Below, in pieces: positions 18,925 through 27,328 of a stretch of 64,000 nt of DNA. Position 1 is the first letter of the stretch; every line of letters begins with the position of its first letter. The notes beneath the pieces are model-generated. The model saw only the letters and a list, made by a program, of their open reading frames with translations, made no database searches and was not told where the DNA came from. This DNA is from Acidimicrobiia bacterium. Lineage in GTDB: Bacteria; Actinomycetota; Acidimicrobiia; Acidimicrobiales; CADCSY01. The translations under genes were made by a program, and so were the position numbers. Where the stretch lies: NCBI GenBank assembly GCA_050249235.1, contig JBFWQW010000002.1, forward strand, positions 7,936-71,935. Direction: 5' to 3'.

Positions 18925-19182
18925 GACCGCTCGGCGGGCCGTCCCGGGTCGACGGGCTCGTCCGGGTTCGATGGGCTGCTCCGGGGTCACGACGGTTGCG
19001 GACGCCGTTCTGGATCCGACGGAGAGGTCCGACGGCGAGGATCCGGCGGGCCGCGGCTCCGTGCGCCCGGAGGCAGCGGGGAGGCTGCCGGAGCCGTCGT
19101 GACCAACCGCCCACGCGTCGAGCGGGCCGGTGGCGCGATCATGGCGGTGGACCCGGCGCCGAGCCGGTCCGGGAGGGGACGC

Positions 19183-20499
19183 ATGGCCGTCACGCAGCGC
19201 GACGAGGAGACCGAGAGCGTCGAGGCGTTCAGCGCCCGGGTGCGGGCGTGGGCGGCCGAGCACCTGACGCCGATCGGCGCCACCGGGGCCGACGACCGGG
19301 TGGGCCGGGCCATGGAGGCGGCGGGCGTCGACCCGACCGGCTTCGGCGCGCGGGGCCGCTTCCTCCTGCGGCTCATGGACGACGCCGGCTTCGGCGGCCT
19401 CGGCTTCCCGAAGGCCTACGGCGGTCAGGGGCTGACGCCCGCCCACCTCCGCGCCTTCAACGCCGCGGTGGCCGACTACGACATGGCCGCCCTCGGCGGG
19501 TTCACGCTCACGCTCGGCATGAACGCGCCCGCGATGCTCGAGTACGGGACGGAGGAGCAGAAGCGGCGCTACCTGCCCCGCATGTTCCGCGGCGAGGACG
19601 TGTGGATCCAGCTGCTGTCCGAGCCGACCGGCGGCTCCGACCTGGCCAGCGCCATCACCCGGGCCGACCGCGACGGCGACGAGTGGGTCATCAGCGGCTC
19701 GAAGATCTGGACCAGCGGCGCCGACCACTCCGACATGGGGATGATCGTCGCCCGCACCAACTGGGAGGCCCCCAAGCACCGCGGCCTCAGCGTGTTCATC
19801 GTGCCGATGGACGCGCCCGGCCTCACGATCGTCCCGCTGCGCCTCGTGAGCGGCCAGACCGGCTTCTGCCAGGAGTTCTTCGACGACGTCCGGGTCCCTG
19901 CCGACGCGCTGCTCGGCGACCTCAACGAGGGCTGGGGCATCGCCTCCCGGCTCCTCGTCCACGAGCGCAACGTCCTCAACGGCGGCTCGGAGTACTACCT
20001 CCCGCCCGGCGGCGGGTTCGCCGCCATGATGACGGGGGGCGCAACCCGACGGGACGACCTGGTCGAGCTGGCCCTCGCCACCGGGCAGGCCGGCGACCCC
20101 CACGTCCGCCAGCTCGTGGCCGAGGCCTACGTGAACGGCAAGGTCGGCGGCCAGTCCGGCCCGCGCGTCGTGGCGGCGATGAGCAAGGGCCTGATGCCGC
20201 CAGCGGCGAGCTCGATCCTCAAGCTCATCAACTCCAACCACGCGGTGCGCCGGTCGGACATCGCCATGGAGCTGGTCGGGTCGTCGGCGGTGGCGTGGAA
20301 GCCGGACGACCTGGCCTCCAAGGCGAGGGGCATCGGCTACCTGTCCCGGCAGACCGCGGCGCTCGTCAGCGGCACGAGCGAGATCCAGCGGAACATCATC
20401 AGCGAGCGGGTGCTCGACCTCCCCCGGGAGGCCGCGCCCGACCGGGAGATGCCGTTCAACCAGGTGCGTCACAACACCATGCCGTCCAACCGGAGCTGA
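19183..20499 (+). CDS. Acyl-CoA dehydrogenase family protein
   Basis: ATG 19183 follows a GGGAGGGG RBS. ACAD-like blocks are present: WIQLLSEPTGGSDLAS, WVISGSKIWTSGA, and the C-terminal GTSEIQRNIISERVL. Confidence 0.85.
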   Translation: MAVTQRDEETESVEAFSARVRAWAAEHLTPIGATGADDRVGRAMEAAGVDPTGFGARGRFLLRLMDDAGFGGLGFPKAYGGQGLTPAHLRAFNAAVADYDMAALGGFTLTLGMNAPAMLEYGTEEQKRRYLPRMFRGEDVWIQLLSEPTGGSDLASAITRADRDGDEWVISGSKIWTSGADHSDMGMIVARTNWEAPKHRGLSVFIVPMDAPGLTIVPLRLVSGQTGFCQEFFDDVRVPADALLGDLNEGWGIASRLLVHERNVLNGGSEYYLPPGGGFAAMMTGGATRRDDLVELALATGQAGDPHVRQLVAEAYVNGKVGGQSGPRVVAAMSKGLMPPAASSILKLINSNHAVRRSDIAMELVGSSAVAWKPDDLASKARGIGYLSRQTAALVSGTSEIQRNIISERVLDLPREAAPDREMPFNQVRHNTMPSNRS

Positions 20500-20562
20500 C
20501 CGCCGGACCACGGTCATGCCGATTTGTCCCCGGAAGGGGCCGGGTGGCTGTGCCGAGGAGGG

Positions 20563-21693
20563 CTACATGCCGAGGAGGGTGGCGACCCGCTCCCGGTGCT
20601 GGCGGGGCGAGCCGTAGAGCGCGGCGTTCTGGGTGATCCGGCGAAGGTAGACGTGCAGGTCGTGGTCCCAGGTGACCCCGATGCCGCCGTGGAGCTGCAC
20701 GCAGTCCTGGGCGATGGCCGGGCCGCGGTCGCCGATGTAGGCCTTGGCCACGCTCACGAGCTCGGCCGCGTCGTCGGCGCCCGACGCCACCGCCCTGGCG
20801 CTGGCCGTCGCCGTCGCGAAGCAGCCCTCGAGCGACGTCTTCATCTCGGCCAGCCGGTGCTTGAGGGCCTGGTACGACCCGATGGGCCGGCCGAAGGCGA
20901 CGCGATCGCGCGCGTACTCGAGCGTGAACTCGAAGACCCGCTGGGTGGCGCCAACCGTCTCCGCGTTCTGGATGACCAGGGCCACCTGGAGCTGGCGCTC
21001 GACGTCGGCACCGGCCCCGCCGGCGGTGCCGAGGAGCGCCGAGCCCGGGAGCCGGACCCCCTCGAAGGCGACCTCGCCGAACCGGCGCACGAGGTCGAGC
21101 GACTCCAGCGCTGACACCGTGACGCCGGCCGTGCCCCTCGGCACGACGAACTGCGACAGCCCCTCCCCCGTGCGGGCGGTGACGAGGAACCAGTCGGCCA
21201 CCGCGGCGTCCTGCACGAACGACTTGGCGCCGTCGAGCACCCAACCGCCGTCGGCGGGCTCGGCCCGCAGCCGCACCCCCGTCGCGTCCCAACGGCCGTC
21301 GCCCTCGTCGAACGCCCAGGTGGCGATGGCCTCGCCCGCGGCCAGCGGGGGCAGGAGCTCGTCGCGCTGCTCGGCCGTCCCGGCCCGGGCCACGGCGTCG
21401 GCGACCACGTTGACCGGCAGCAGCGGGCCCGGGGCGATCAGGCGGCCGACCTCCTCGGCGACGAGGGCCAGGTCGAGCAGGCCGTTCCCACCCACCGAGC
21501 CGCCACCCTGCTCCTCGGGCACGAGCATCGCCGTCCACCCCAGCGCCGCGCCCTGCCGCCACTTCTCGCGGTCGAAGCCGTCGGCGCTCTCGTGGAGCTC
21601 GCGCACGCTCGTGAGCGGGCTCTCCGCCTCGAGGAAGCGCCTCGTGGTCTCCACGAACAGCTGCTGGTCGTCGTTCAGCTCGAGATCCACCAC
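20563..21693 (-). CDS. Acyl-CoA dehydrogenase family protein
   Basis: The start is GTG at about 21693 (VVDLELNDDQQLF). ACAD blocks: GWTAMLVPEEQGG, WVLDGAKSFV, QLHGGIGVTWDHDLHVYLRR. Confidence 0.85.
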   Translation of the reverse strand: MVDLELNDDQQLFVETTRRFLEAESPLTSVRELHESADGFDREKWRQGAALGWTAMLVPEEQGGGSVGGNGLLDLALVAEEVGRLIAPGPLLPVNVVADAVARAGTAEQRDELLPPLAAGEAIATWAFDEGDGRWDATGVRLRAEPADGGWVLDGAKSFVQDAAVADWFLVTARTGEGLSQFVVPRGTAGVTVSALESLDLVRRFGEVAFEGVRLPGSALLGTAGGAGADVERQLQVALVIQNAETVGATQRVFEFTLEYARDRVAFGRPIGSYQALKHRLAEMKTSLEGCFATATASARAVASGADDAAELVSVAKAYIGDRGPAIAQDCVQLHGGIGVTWDHDLHVYLRRITQNAALYGSPRQHRERVATLLGM

Positions 21694-21926
21694 CCCACCC
21701 TTCGGTCGTCGCTCACCGTAGCGATCCGGACCGGTGCGACGACCTGCCAAGTGACTGGTCACCGCAGCCGGGGCGACCGGGCAGTCCCCGAACTCGGTGC
21801 GCCGGTCACCGCTCAGCGGCGATGACCGCACCGAGTTCGAGGGAGGTGGCGGTCGACGCCTTCGTCCCGGCCGGGTGTCACCGGTCGGGGCGCACCTGCG
21901 GGGCCGCTCGGCGTGGGCCGAGAGGG

Positions 21927-22544
21927 TCAGCGGCTAGGCCCACCCGGTCGGGCGCCCGTCCTCGACGGCGGATGGCGGGCCAGGCCGGCGAGGAGCGACC
22001 GAACCGGGGCGGCGAGGGCGGCGGCCGACGTGGGGCACGTCACCACCCCCTCGATGGCCCGCTCCCGCCACTGCCGGCGGCGGCCGTGGCGGAGCTGGTC
22101 GGCGTAGCCGGCCACGGTCACGAGCGCGGCCAGGCGGCTCGGGCCCGGTTCGTAGGGGTTCACCGGGCCGCCTGAGCTCATCGACCGCTCGTCGAACGGC
22201 CCGTCGAGCAGGCCCTCGTCGTCGAGGCCGCGCCCGAGCTCGAGCACGACCCAGCGGGCCTCGGGGTGGCGCTCGACGACGATGAACGACCGCCAGACGA
22301 GCCCGAGCCGGGCGACCGGCGGGCCCAGCCGGCGACGGGGCCCGGCGTCGGCCCGGCTGGCGCTCCACCACTCGGCCGCGAGGCTCGCCGGCCCCGGCGT
22401 CGGGACGCGGTGGTGATGGGCGTCGAGCCAGGCCGTGATCCCGACGCCGGGCGGCGGCGGATCGGCGTGGAGCTCGCCCAGGACCTGGTCGAAGGTGGTG
22501 CGGAAGGCCGCCGATCGACGCAACCTCCCTCGCAACGACGCCAC
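21927..22544 (-). CDS. Hypothetical protein (205 aa), downstream partner of the XRE regulator
   Basis: GTG 22544 is preceded by a strong RBS (GGGAGGGAGAG) 5 nt upstream. GC3 bias is good through the central part (GLVWRSFIVVERHPEARWVVLELGRGLDDEGLLDGPFDE). I recognise no family. Confidence 0.55.
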   Translation of the reverse strand: MASLRGRLRRSAAFRTTFDQVLGELHADPPPPGVGITAWLDAHHHRVPTPGPASLAAEWWSASRADAGPRRRLGPPVARLGLVWRSFIVVERHPEARWVVLELGRGLDDEGLLDGPFDERSMSSGGPVNPYEPGPSRLAALVTVAGYADQLRHGRRRQWRERAIEGVVTCPTSAAALAAPVRSLLAGLARHPPSRTGARPGGPSR

Positions 22545-22571
22545 GACGACTCTCCCTCCCGCCGATCCGGG

Positions 22572-22595
22572 GTGCGCTATCTATAGATAGCACAC
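22572..22595. promoter_or_regulatory. AT-rich perfect palindrome (candidate operator overlapping a -10-like TATAGA)
   Basis: GCTATCTATAGATAGC (22576-22591) is a perfect 16-bp palindrome, extendable to 24 bp with one mismatch. It is the only AT-rich patch in this region and lies 28-50 nt upstream of the 205-aa gene start. Confidence 0.5.
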
Positions 22596-22628
22596 TCCTG
22601 CACGGGGTTGGCGGCCGGCCGGTCGAGA

Positions 22629-22898
22629 TCAGGGGGCGAGCAGCTCCCGAGGGTCGATGCCCAGATGGTCGGCCACCCGCTCCAGGGAGCGCAGGGTGAG
22701 GTTCCGCTCGCCCCGCTCGACCCCGCCCATGTAGGTGCGGTGGACGCCGAGCACGTCGGCGAAGGCCTCCTGGGAGAGACCACGGGCCAGGCGGAGGCGC
22801 CGGAGGTTCTGGCCGACCGTTCGCTGCAGGTCACCTTCCACCTCCCAACCGTCCGACGGTGCTACTCCCCGATCTACAGACTGATCGGTAGCAGCCAT
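22629..22898 (-). CDS. XRE-family helix-turn-helix transcriptional regulator
   Basis: The HTH_3 core is VGQNLRRLRLARGLSQEAFADVLGVHRTYMGGVERGERNLTLRSLERVADHLGI. I prefer ATG 22898, which has a GAGG RBS, over the TTG at 22940 used by the track. Confidence 0.8.
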   Translation of the reverse strand: MAATDQSVDRGVAPSDGWEVEGDLQRTVGQNLRRLRLARGLSQEAFADVLGVHRTYMGGVERGERNLTLRSLERVADHLGIDPRELLAP

Positions 22899-22912
22899 CC
22901 CGGCGCAGCCTC

Positions 22913-23089
22913 TCACGACCCGTCGAGGGCGACCGTGCAACCTGGGAAGGACGGCGCCAGGCGGCCGGTCTCGTCGGCCAACCAGGCCTCGAGGCGGGCC
23001 CGGACGGCCTCGGCCAGCGCCCGGGCCTCGGCGTCACCGAGGCCGGCCGGCACCGAAAGCAGGACCTGCCACTCTTCCAGGACGACCAT
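22913..23089 (-). CDS. Small hypothetical protein (58 aa), not in the ORF track
   Basis: ATG 23089 has a GAGGTGGG RBS 5 nt upstream, and GC3 bias is high throughout. The product is MVVLEEWQVLLSVPAGLGDAEARALAEAVRARLEAWLADETGRLAPSFPGCTVALDGS. The stop lies 14 nt before the XRE start. Confidence 0.4.
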   Translation of the reverse strand: MVVLEEWQVLLSVPAGLGDAEARALAEAVRARLEAWLADETGRLAPSFPGCTVALDGS

Positions 23090-23273
23090 GCGGACCCACC
23101 TCGAGTCTCGGGGACGAGCGGAGACCAGGGGCGATCGACGGATTGCCCGAACGGACGGAGGCGTCGGCCGCGACCCTACGGAACGGGTGTGACACCCCCC
23201 GAGGTCGGGGACCCGGGATGCGTCCGGGTTCGACGGGCACGCTACGCTTCCGCAGCCCGTTGGGCGCCACTGT

Positions 23274-23351
23274 GGTCCCGTGGTGCAGTTTGGAGTGCAC
23301 GCCGGCCTGTCAAGCCGGAGGTCGCGGGTTCAAATCCCGTCGGGACCGCCA
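23274..23351 (+). tRNA. tRNA-Asp (anticodon GUC)
   Basis: Acceptor GGTCCCG/CGGGACC, anticodon stem CCGGC/GCCGG with loop CTGTCAA, T arm GCGGGTTCAAATCCCGT, and an encoded CCA. Confidence 0.9.
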
Positions 23352-23417
23352 CATGCGAAGTCTGTCGAGTTGCGCACCTCGAAGGTGTGCAGCTCGGCCG
23401 ACTTCGGATGGAAGCAC

Positions 23418-23493
23418 GGTCGAGTAGCTCAGTTGGCAGAGCGCGCGCCTGAAAAGCGCGAGGTCACCGGATCGACGCCGGTCTCGACCACCA
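23418..23493 (+). tRNA. tRNA-Phe (anticodon GAA)
   Basis: Acceptor GGTCGAG/CTCGACC, D arm GCTCAGTTGGCAGAGC, anticodon stem CGCGC/GCGCG with loop CTGAAAA, and an encoded CCA. Confidence 0.9.
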
Positions 23494-23576
23494 CCAGATC
23501 CGTCCTTTGTCGACTCCTTGTCGACTCGGGCGGAACATCCCCGGCTCCGTCGACAGAGAGCGAGACGTGACGCCGG

Positions 23577-23840
23577 TCAGGACCGCTCGACCGACACCTG
23601 GTCGAGGCAGCGCTGGATCTCCGAGGCGCGGAAGCGGCGGTGGCCGCCGAGGGTCCGGATGGCGGTGAGCTTGCCGGCCCGGGCCCAGCGGGTGACTGTC
23701 TTGGGGTTCACCCGGAACAGACGGGCCACCTCGGCCGGGGTGAGGAGCGCGTCGGGGAGCTCCTGGCGCTCGGCCGCGGTCAGGTCGATGCGGGTGGACG
23801 GGTCGCCGGTCGTCTTCGACGAGGTCTCAATCGACGCCAT
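23577..23840 (-). CDS. bldC: BldC-like MerR/excisionase-family small DNA-binding protein
   Basis: LLTPAEVARLFRVNPKTVTRWARAGKLTAIRTLGGHRRFRASEI matches the BldC core as I remember it. I prefer ATG 23840 (GGGAGA RBS) over ATG 23855. Confidence 0.75.
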   Translation of the reverse strand: MASIETSSKTTGDPSTRIDLTAAERQELPDALLTPAEVARLFRVNPKTVTRWARAGKLTAIRTLGGHRRFRASEIQRCLDQVSVERS

Positions 23841-24043
23841 TGTCGGGTCTCCCATGACTCTGGTGGTGGGACGGGCGGGGCCGGGCTGTGCAGCCGATGT
23901 CCGTTTGCTGGGGAAACAGTGGCAGACGGCGCCTTTGAGTTGATGGACCCACCTTGCCCGGACCGCCTGGGAACGATCCGGCCTGCAGGCACGACGGGAA
24001 CGGCCGGCACGACGTGGCCGGCCGGCCGCGGCAGGATGGGGCC

Positions 24044-24568
24044 ATGTCCGCCGAGCTCGCCGCCCGCGTCCACCGGGCCGCCCACCTCACCGGCACGTTC
24101 CGGCTCCGCTCCGGCCAGACGAGCACCGAGTACTTCGACAAGTACCTCTTCGAGAGCGACCCCCGGCTCCTGCGGGACGTGGCCGAGGGACTGGCCGGGC
24201 TGGTCCCCGACGGCGTCGACGCCCTGGCCGGGCTCGAGCTCGGCGGCGTGCCGGTGGCCACCGTGCTCTCCCAGGTCACCGGCCTTCCGGCCCTGTTCGT
24301 CCGCAAGCGGGCCAAGGACTACGGCACCTGCCGGCTGGCCGAGGGGGGCGACGTCGAAGGTCGGCACCTCCTCGTGGTCGAGGACGTCGTCACCACCGGC
24401 GGGCAGGTCCTCGAGTCGTGCGCCGAGCTGCGGGCGCTGGGCGCCACCGTCGAGGTGGTGCTGTGCGTGATCGACCGGGAGGCGGGCGGGGCCGCCGCCT
24501 TCGCCGAGCAGGGCCTGGCCCTCCGGGCGTTGTTCACGATGTCCGAGCTGAACGCGGCCGGCGCCTGA
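24044..24568 (+). CDS. pyrE: Orotate phosphoribosyltransferase
   Basis: ATG 24044. The sequence includes FRLRSGQTSTEYFDKY and the PRPP loop LLVVEDVVTTGGQV. Confidence 0.9.
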   Translation: MSAELAARVHRAAHLTGTFRLRSGQTSTEYFDKYLFESDPRLLRDVAEGLAGLVPDGVDALAGLELGGVPVATVLSQVTGLPALFVRKRAKDYGTCRLAEGGDVEGRHLLVVEDVVTTGGQVLESCAELRALGATVEVVLCVIDREAGGAAAFAEQGLALRALFTMSELNAAGA

Positions 24569-24589
24569 AGGACGGCGCGGCCGAGCCGA

Positions 24590-25639
24590 TCAGATCGGGA
24601 CGTCCTCCACCAGCTGGACCACCCCGGTGCCGGCGACCACCTCGCCCACCTGGGCCGCGCCCTGGTGGCCGGCCAGGCGGAGGATGTCGAGCGCCTGGTA
24701 GAGGTCCTCGGGGGGCACGGCCACGACCATCCCGATCCCGAGGTTGAAGACCCGGGCCATCTCCTCGTCGCTCACCCCGCCCAGGCGCTGGATCTCACCG
24801 AAGATCCGCGGCGTCTCCCAGGTGCGCCGCCACACGACGGCGTCGTGGCCGTCGGGAAGGACCCGGCTCACGTTCCCGACGATGCCCCCGCCGGTGATGT
24901 GGGCGACGGCCCGCACGTCGACGGAGCGCAGGAGACGGGCGACCGCCGGGGCGTAGATCTTCGAGGGCGCGAGGAGCTCGTCGGCCAGCGTGCCGGCCGC
25001 GCCCTCGTAGGCGGGCCCGTCGAGGGCGAGCCCGGCCACCTCCAGCAGCACCCGGCGGGCCAGGCTGTAGCCGTTCGAGCGCAGGTTGGTGGACGGGATG
25101 CCGATGAGGACGTCGCCGGGGGCCAGCCGCCCGCCGGTGACGAGCCGGTCGCGCTCGGCCACGCCGACCGCGAAGCCGACGAGGTCGAACTCGCCCGGCT
25201 CCATCGCACCCGGGTGCTCGGCCATCTCCCCGCCCAGCAGGGCGCAGCCCGCCTCCCGGCAGCCGGTGACCACGCCGCGGACCAGCTGCTCCACGTGACC
25301 GGGATCGAGGGTGCCGACGGCGATGTAGTCGAGGAAGAAGAGCGGCTCGGCCCCCTGGCAGACGAGGTCGTCGACGCACATGGCGACGAGGTCGATGCCG
25401 ACCGTGTCGAACCGACCGGCCGCCTGGGCGACCATCGCCTTGGTGCCCACGCCGTCCGTGCTGGCCACCAGGACCGGGTCCTTCCACCGGTCGCGGCTGA
25501 AGGCGAACAGGCCCCCGAAGCCGCCGATGTCGCCGATCACCTCGGGCCGGTACGTCGACCGCACCTGGTCCTTGATGCGCCGCACGGCCTCTTCGCCGGC
25601 GTCGATCGACACGCCGGCGGCCTCGTAGGACTCGCCCAT
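24590..25639 (-). CDS. purM: Phosphoribosylformylglycinamidine cyclo-ligase (AIR synthetase)
   Basis: A 349-aa protein with DAGEEAV, GGFGGLF, STDGVGTK and HITGGG motifs. Confidence 0.95.
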   Translation of the reverse strand: MGESYEAAGVSIDAGEEAVRRIKDQVRSTYRPEVIGDIGGFGGLFAFSRDRWKDPVLVASTDGVGTKAMVAQAAGRFDTVGIDLVAMCVDDLVCQGAEPLFFLDYIAVGTLDPGHVEQLVRGVVTGCREAGCALLGGEMAEHPGAMEPGEFDLVGFAVGVAERDRLVTGGRLAPGDVLIGIPSTNLRSNGYSLARRVLLEVAGLALDGPAYEGAAGTLADELLAPSKIYAPAVARLLRSVDVRAVAHITGGGIVGNVSRVLPDGHDAVVWRRTWETPRIFGEIQRLGGVSDEEMARVFNLGIGMVVAVPPEDLYQALDILRLAGHQGAAQVGEVVAGTGVVQLVEDVPI

Positions 25640-25685
25640 CAGCCCCGCCCGCGGCGCGGGGTCACCCGCGCGGTCTCGCCCACCG

Positions 25686-27179
25686 TCAACCCGGCTCGTG
25701 GAGGAGGACGTCGAGCCCGGAGGGCGGCATGTCGTTGCCCTCGAGGACGTCCTTGCGCAGCGACACCGGGACCGGCACCGGGTACTCGCCCGTGAGGCAG
25801 GCCGAGCAGAACCCGGCCCCGACCGCGCCGGTCGCCACCGTCAGCCGGTCGAGCGCCAGGTAGACGAGCGAGTCGGCACCGAGGTACTCGCGGATGGCGT
25901 CGATCTCGAGGTTGGCGGCCAGCAGCTCGGACCGGTCACCAGTGTCCATCCCGTAGAAGCAGGGCCACTTGTAGGGCGGCGACATGATCCGCAGGTGCAC
26001 CTCGGCGGCGCCCGCCTCGCGGAGCATGCGCACCACCGCCTTCTGGGTGGTGCCCCGGACGATCGAGTCGTCGACCACCACCAGCCGCTTGCCCGCGATG
26101 TTCTCGCGGAGCGGGTTGAGCTTCATCCGCACCGCGTTGGCCCGCAGCTCCTGGCTCGGCGCGATGAACGTGCGACCGATGTAGCGGTTCTTCACGAACC
26201 CGTCGCCGTAGGGGATGCCCGACGCCCGGGCGAAGCCCTGGGCCGCCGGTACGCCGGACTCGGGGACGGGGATGACGAGGTCGGCCGCCACCGGCGCCTG
26301 CTCGGCGAGCTGCTCCCCCATGCGCTGGCGGGCGAGGTGCACGTTCTGGCCGTAGAGCCGGCTGTCGGGCCGGGCGAAGTAGACGAACTCGAAGATGCAG
26401 AGGTGGGGATCGATCGCCGACTCGTCGAAGGGCCGGACGGACCGGACGCCGTCGCCGTCGATGATCACCATCTCCCCCGGCTCGATCTCCCGGACCATGT
26501 GGGCGCCGACCACGTCGAGCGCCGGGGTCTCCGAGGCGAGCACCCAACCCGAGTCGAGCTTGCCGAGGCACAGAGGGCGGAAGCCGTTCGGGTCGCGGAG
26601 GCCGACGAGCCGGTCGTCGTCGAGCAGGACGAGCGAGAACGCCCCCTCGAGGCGGGGCAGCACCCGCACCAGTGCCTCCTCGAGCCCGGCCGCCCCGGCC
26701 TGGAGCTCGTGGGCCAGGAGCTCGGCCACGAGGTCGCTGTCGCTGGCGACCGTGCCGGGCAGCATGCCGGCCTCCTCGGCGAGCGCCTCCGTGTTGACGA
26801 GGTTGCCGTTGTGGCCGAGGGCCAGCTCGTGCTCGCCCACCGACCGGTAGACGGGCTGGGCGTTGCGCCACGTGCTCGAGCCGGTGGTCGAGTAGCGGGT
26901 GTGGCCGATGGCCAGGTCGCCGGGGAGCGCGGCCAGGCGGCGGTCGTTGAAGACGTTGGGCACGAGGCCCATGTCCTTGTCGATGAAGATGGTGGCCCCG
27001 TCGCTCACCGCCATGCCCGCCGACTCCTGGCCGCGGTGCTGCAGCGCGTAGAGCCCGAGGTAGGTCAGGTGGGCGACCGGCTGGCCGGGTGCGTAGACGC
27101 CGAAGACGCCGCACGCTTCCTTGGGGCTGTCGTCGTCACCCGGGGGGCTGCCGGCCGCGGCGGCCGGGTCGGGGAGCAC
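25686..27179 (-). CDS. purF: Amidophosphoribosyltransferase
   Basis: GTG 27179. A short propeptide precedes the catalytic CGVFGVYAPG, followed by LQHRGQESAGMAV and the PRTase loop LVVVDDSIVRGTT. The longer track ORF 25686-28574 is run-on. Confidence 0.9.
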   Translation of the reverse strand: MLPDPAAAAGSPPGDDDSPKEACGVFGVYAPGQPVAHLTYLGLYALQHRGQESAGMAVSDGATIFIDKDMGLVPNVFNDRRLAALPGDLAIGHTRYSTTGSSTWRNAQPVYRSVGEHELALGHNGNLVNTEALAEEAGMLPGTVASDSDLVAELLAHELQAGAAGLEEALVRVLPRLEGAFSLVLLDDDRLVGLRDPNGFRPLCLGKLDSGWVLASETPALDVVGAHMVREIEPGEMVIIDGDGVRSVRPFDESAIDPHLCIFEFVYFARPDSRLYGQNVHLARQRMGEQLAEQAPVAADLVIPVPESGVPAAQGFARASGIPYGDGFVKNRYIGRTFIAPSQELRANAVRMKLNPLRENIAGKRLVVVDDSIVRGTTQKAVVRMLREAGAAEVHLRIMSPPYKWPCFYGMDTGDRSELLAANLEIDAIREYLGADSLVYLALDRLTVATGAVGAGFCSACLTGEYPVPVPVSLRKDVLEGNDMPPSGLDVLLHEPG

Positions 27180-27328
27180 GTCCCCATGCTGCCACGGCCG
27201 GCAGCGATTCCCTCGCTTCGCTCGCCCCCTCCGATCGCGGACCAGGCACCCCACCGCCGTTCCGGGCGCTCCACGAGGCGTGCCCCCCAGCGGCTCCCCG
27301 TCCCGATCACGCAGGCGGGTGCCGCGGG

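Noticed and set aside
23205-23245. tRNA-like T-arm motif (CCGGGTTCGACGGG) upstream of tRNA-Asp, possibly a tRNA remnant or att site
   Set aside because: I could not build an acceptor or anticodon arm. The only match to the tRNA-Glu T arm is a 9-mer, which is too weak to call.
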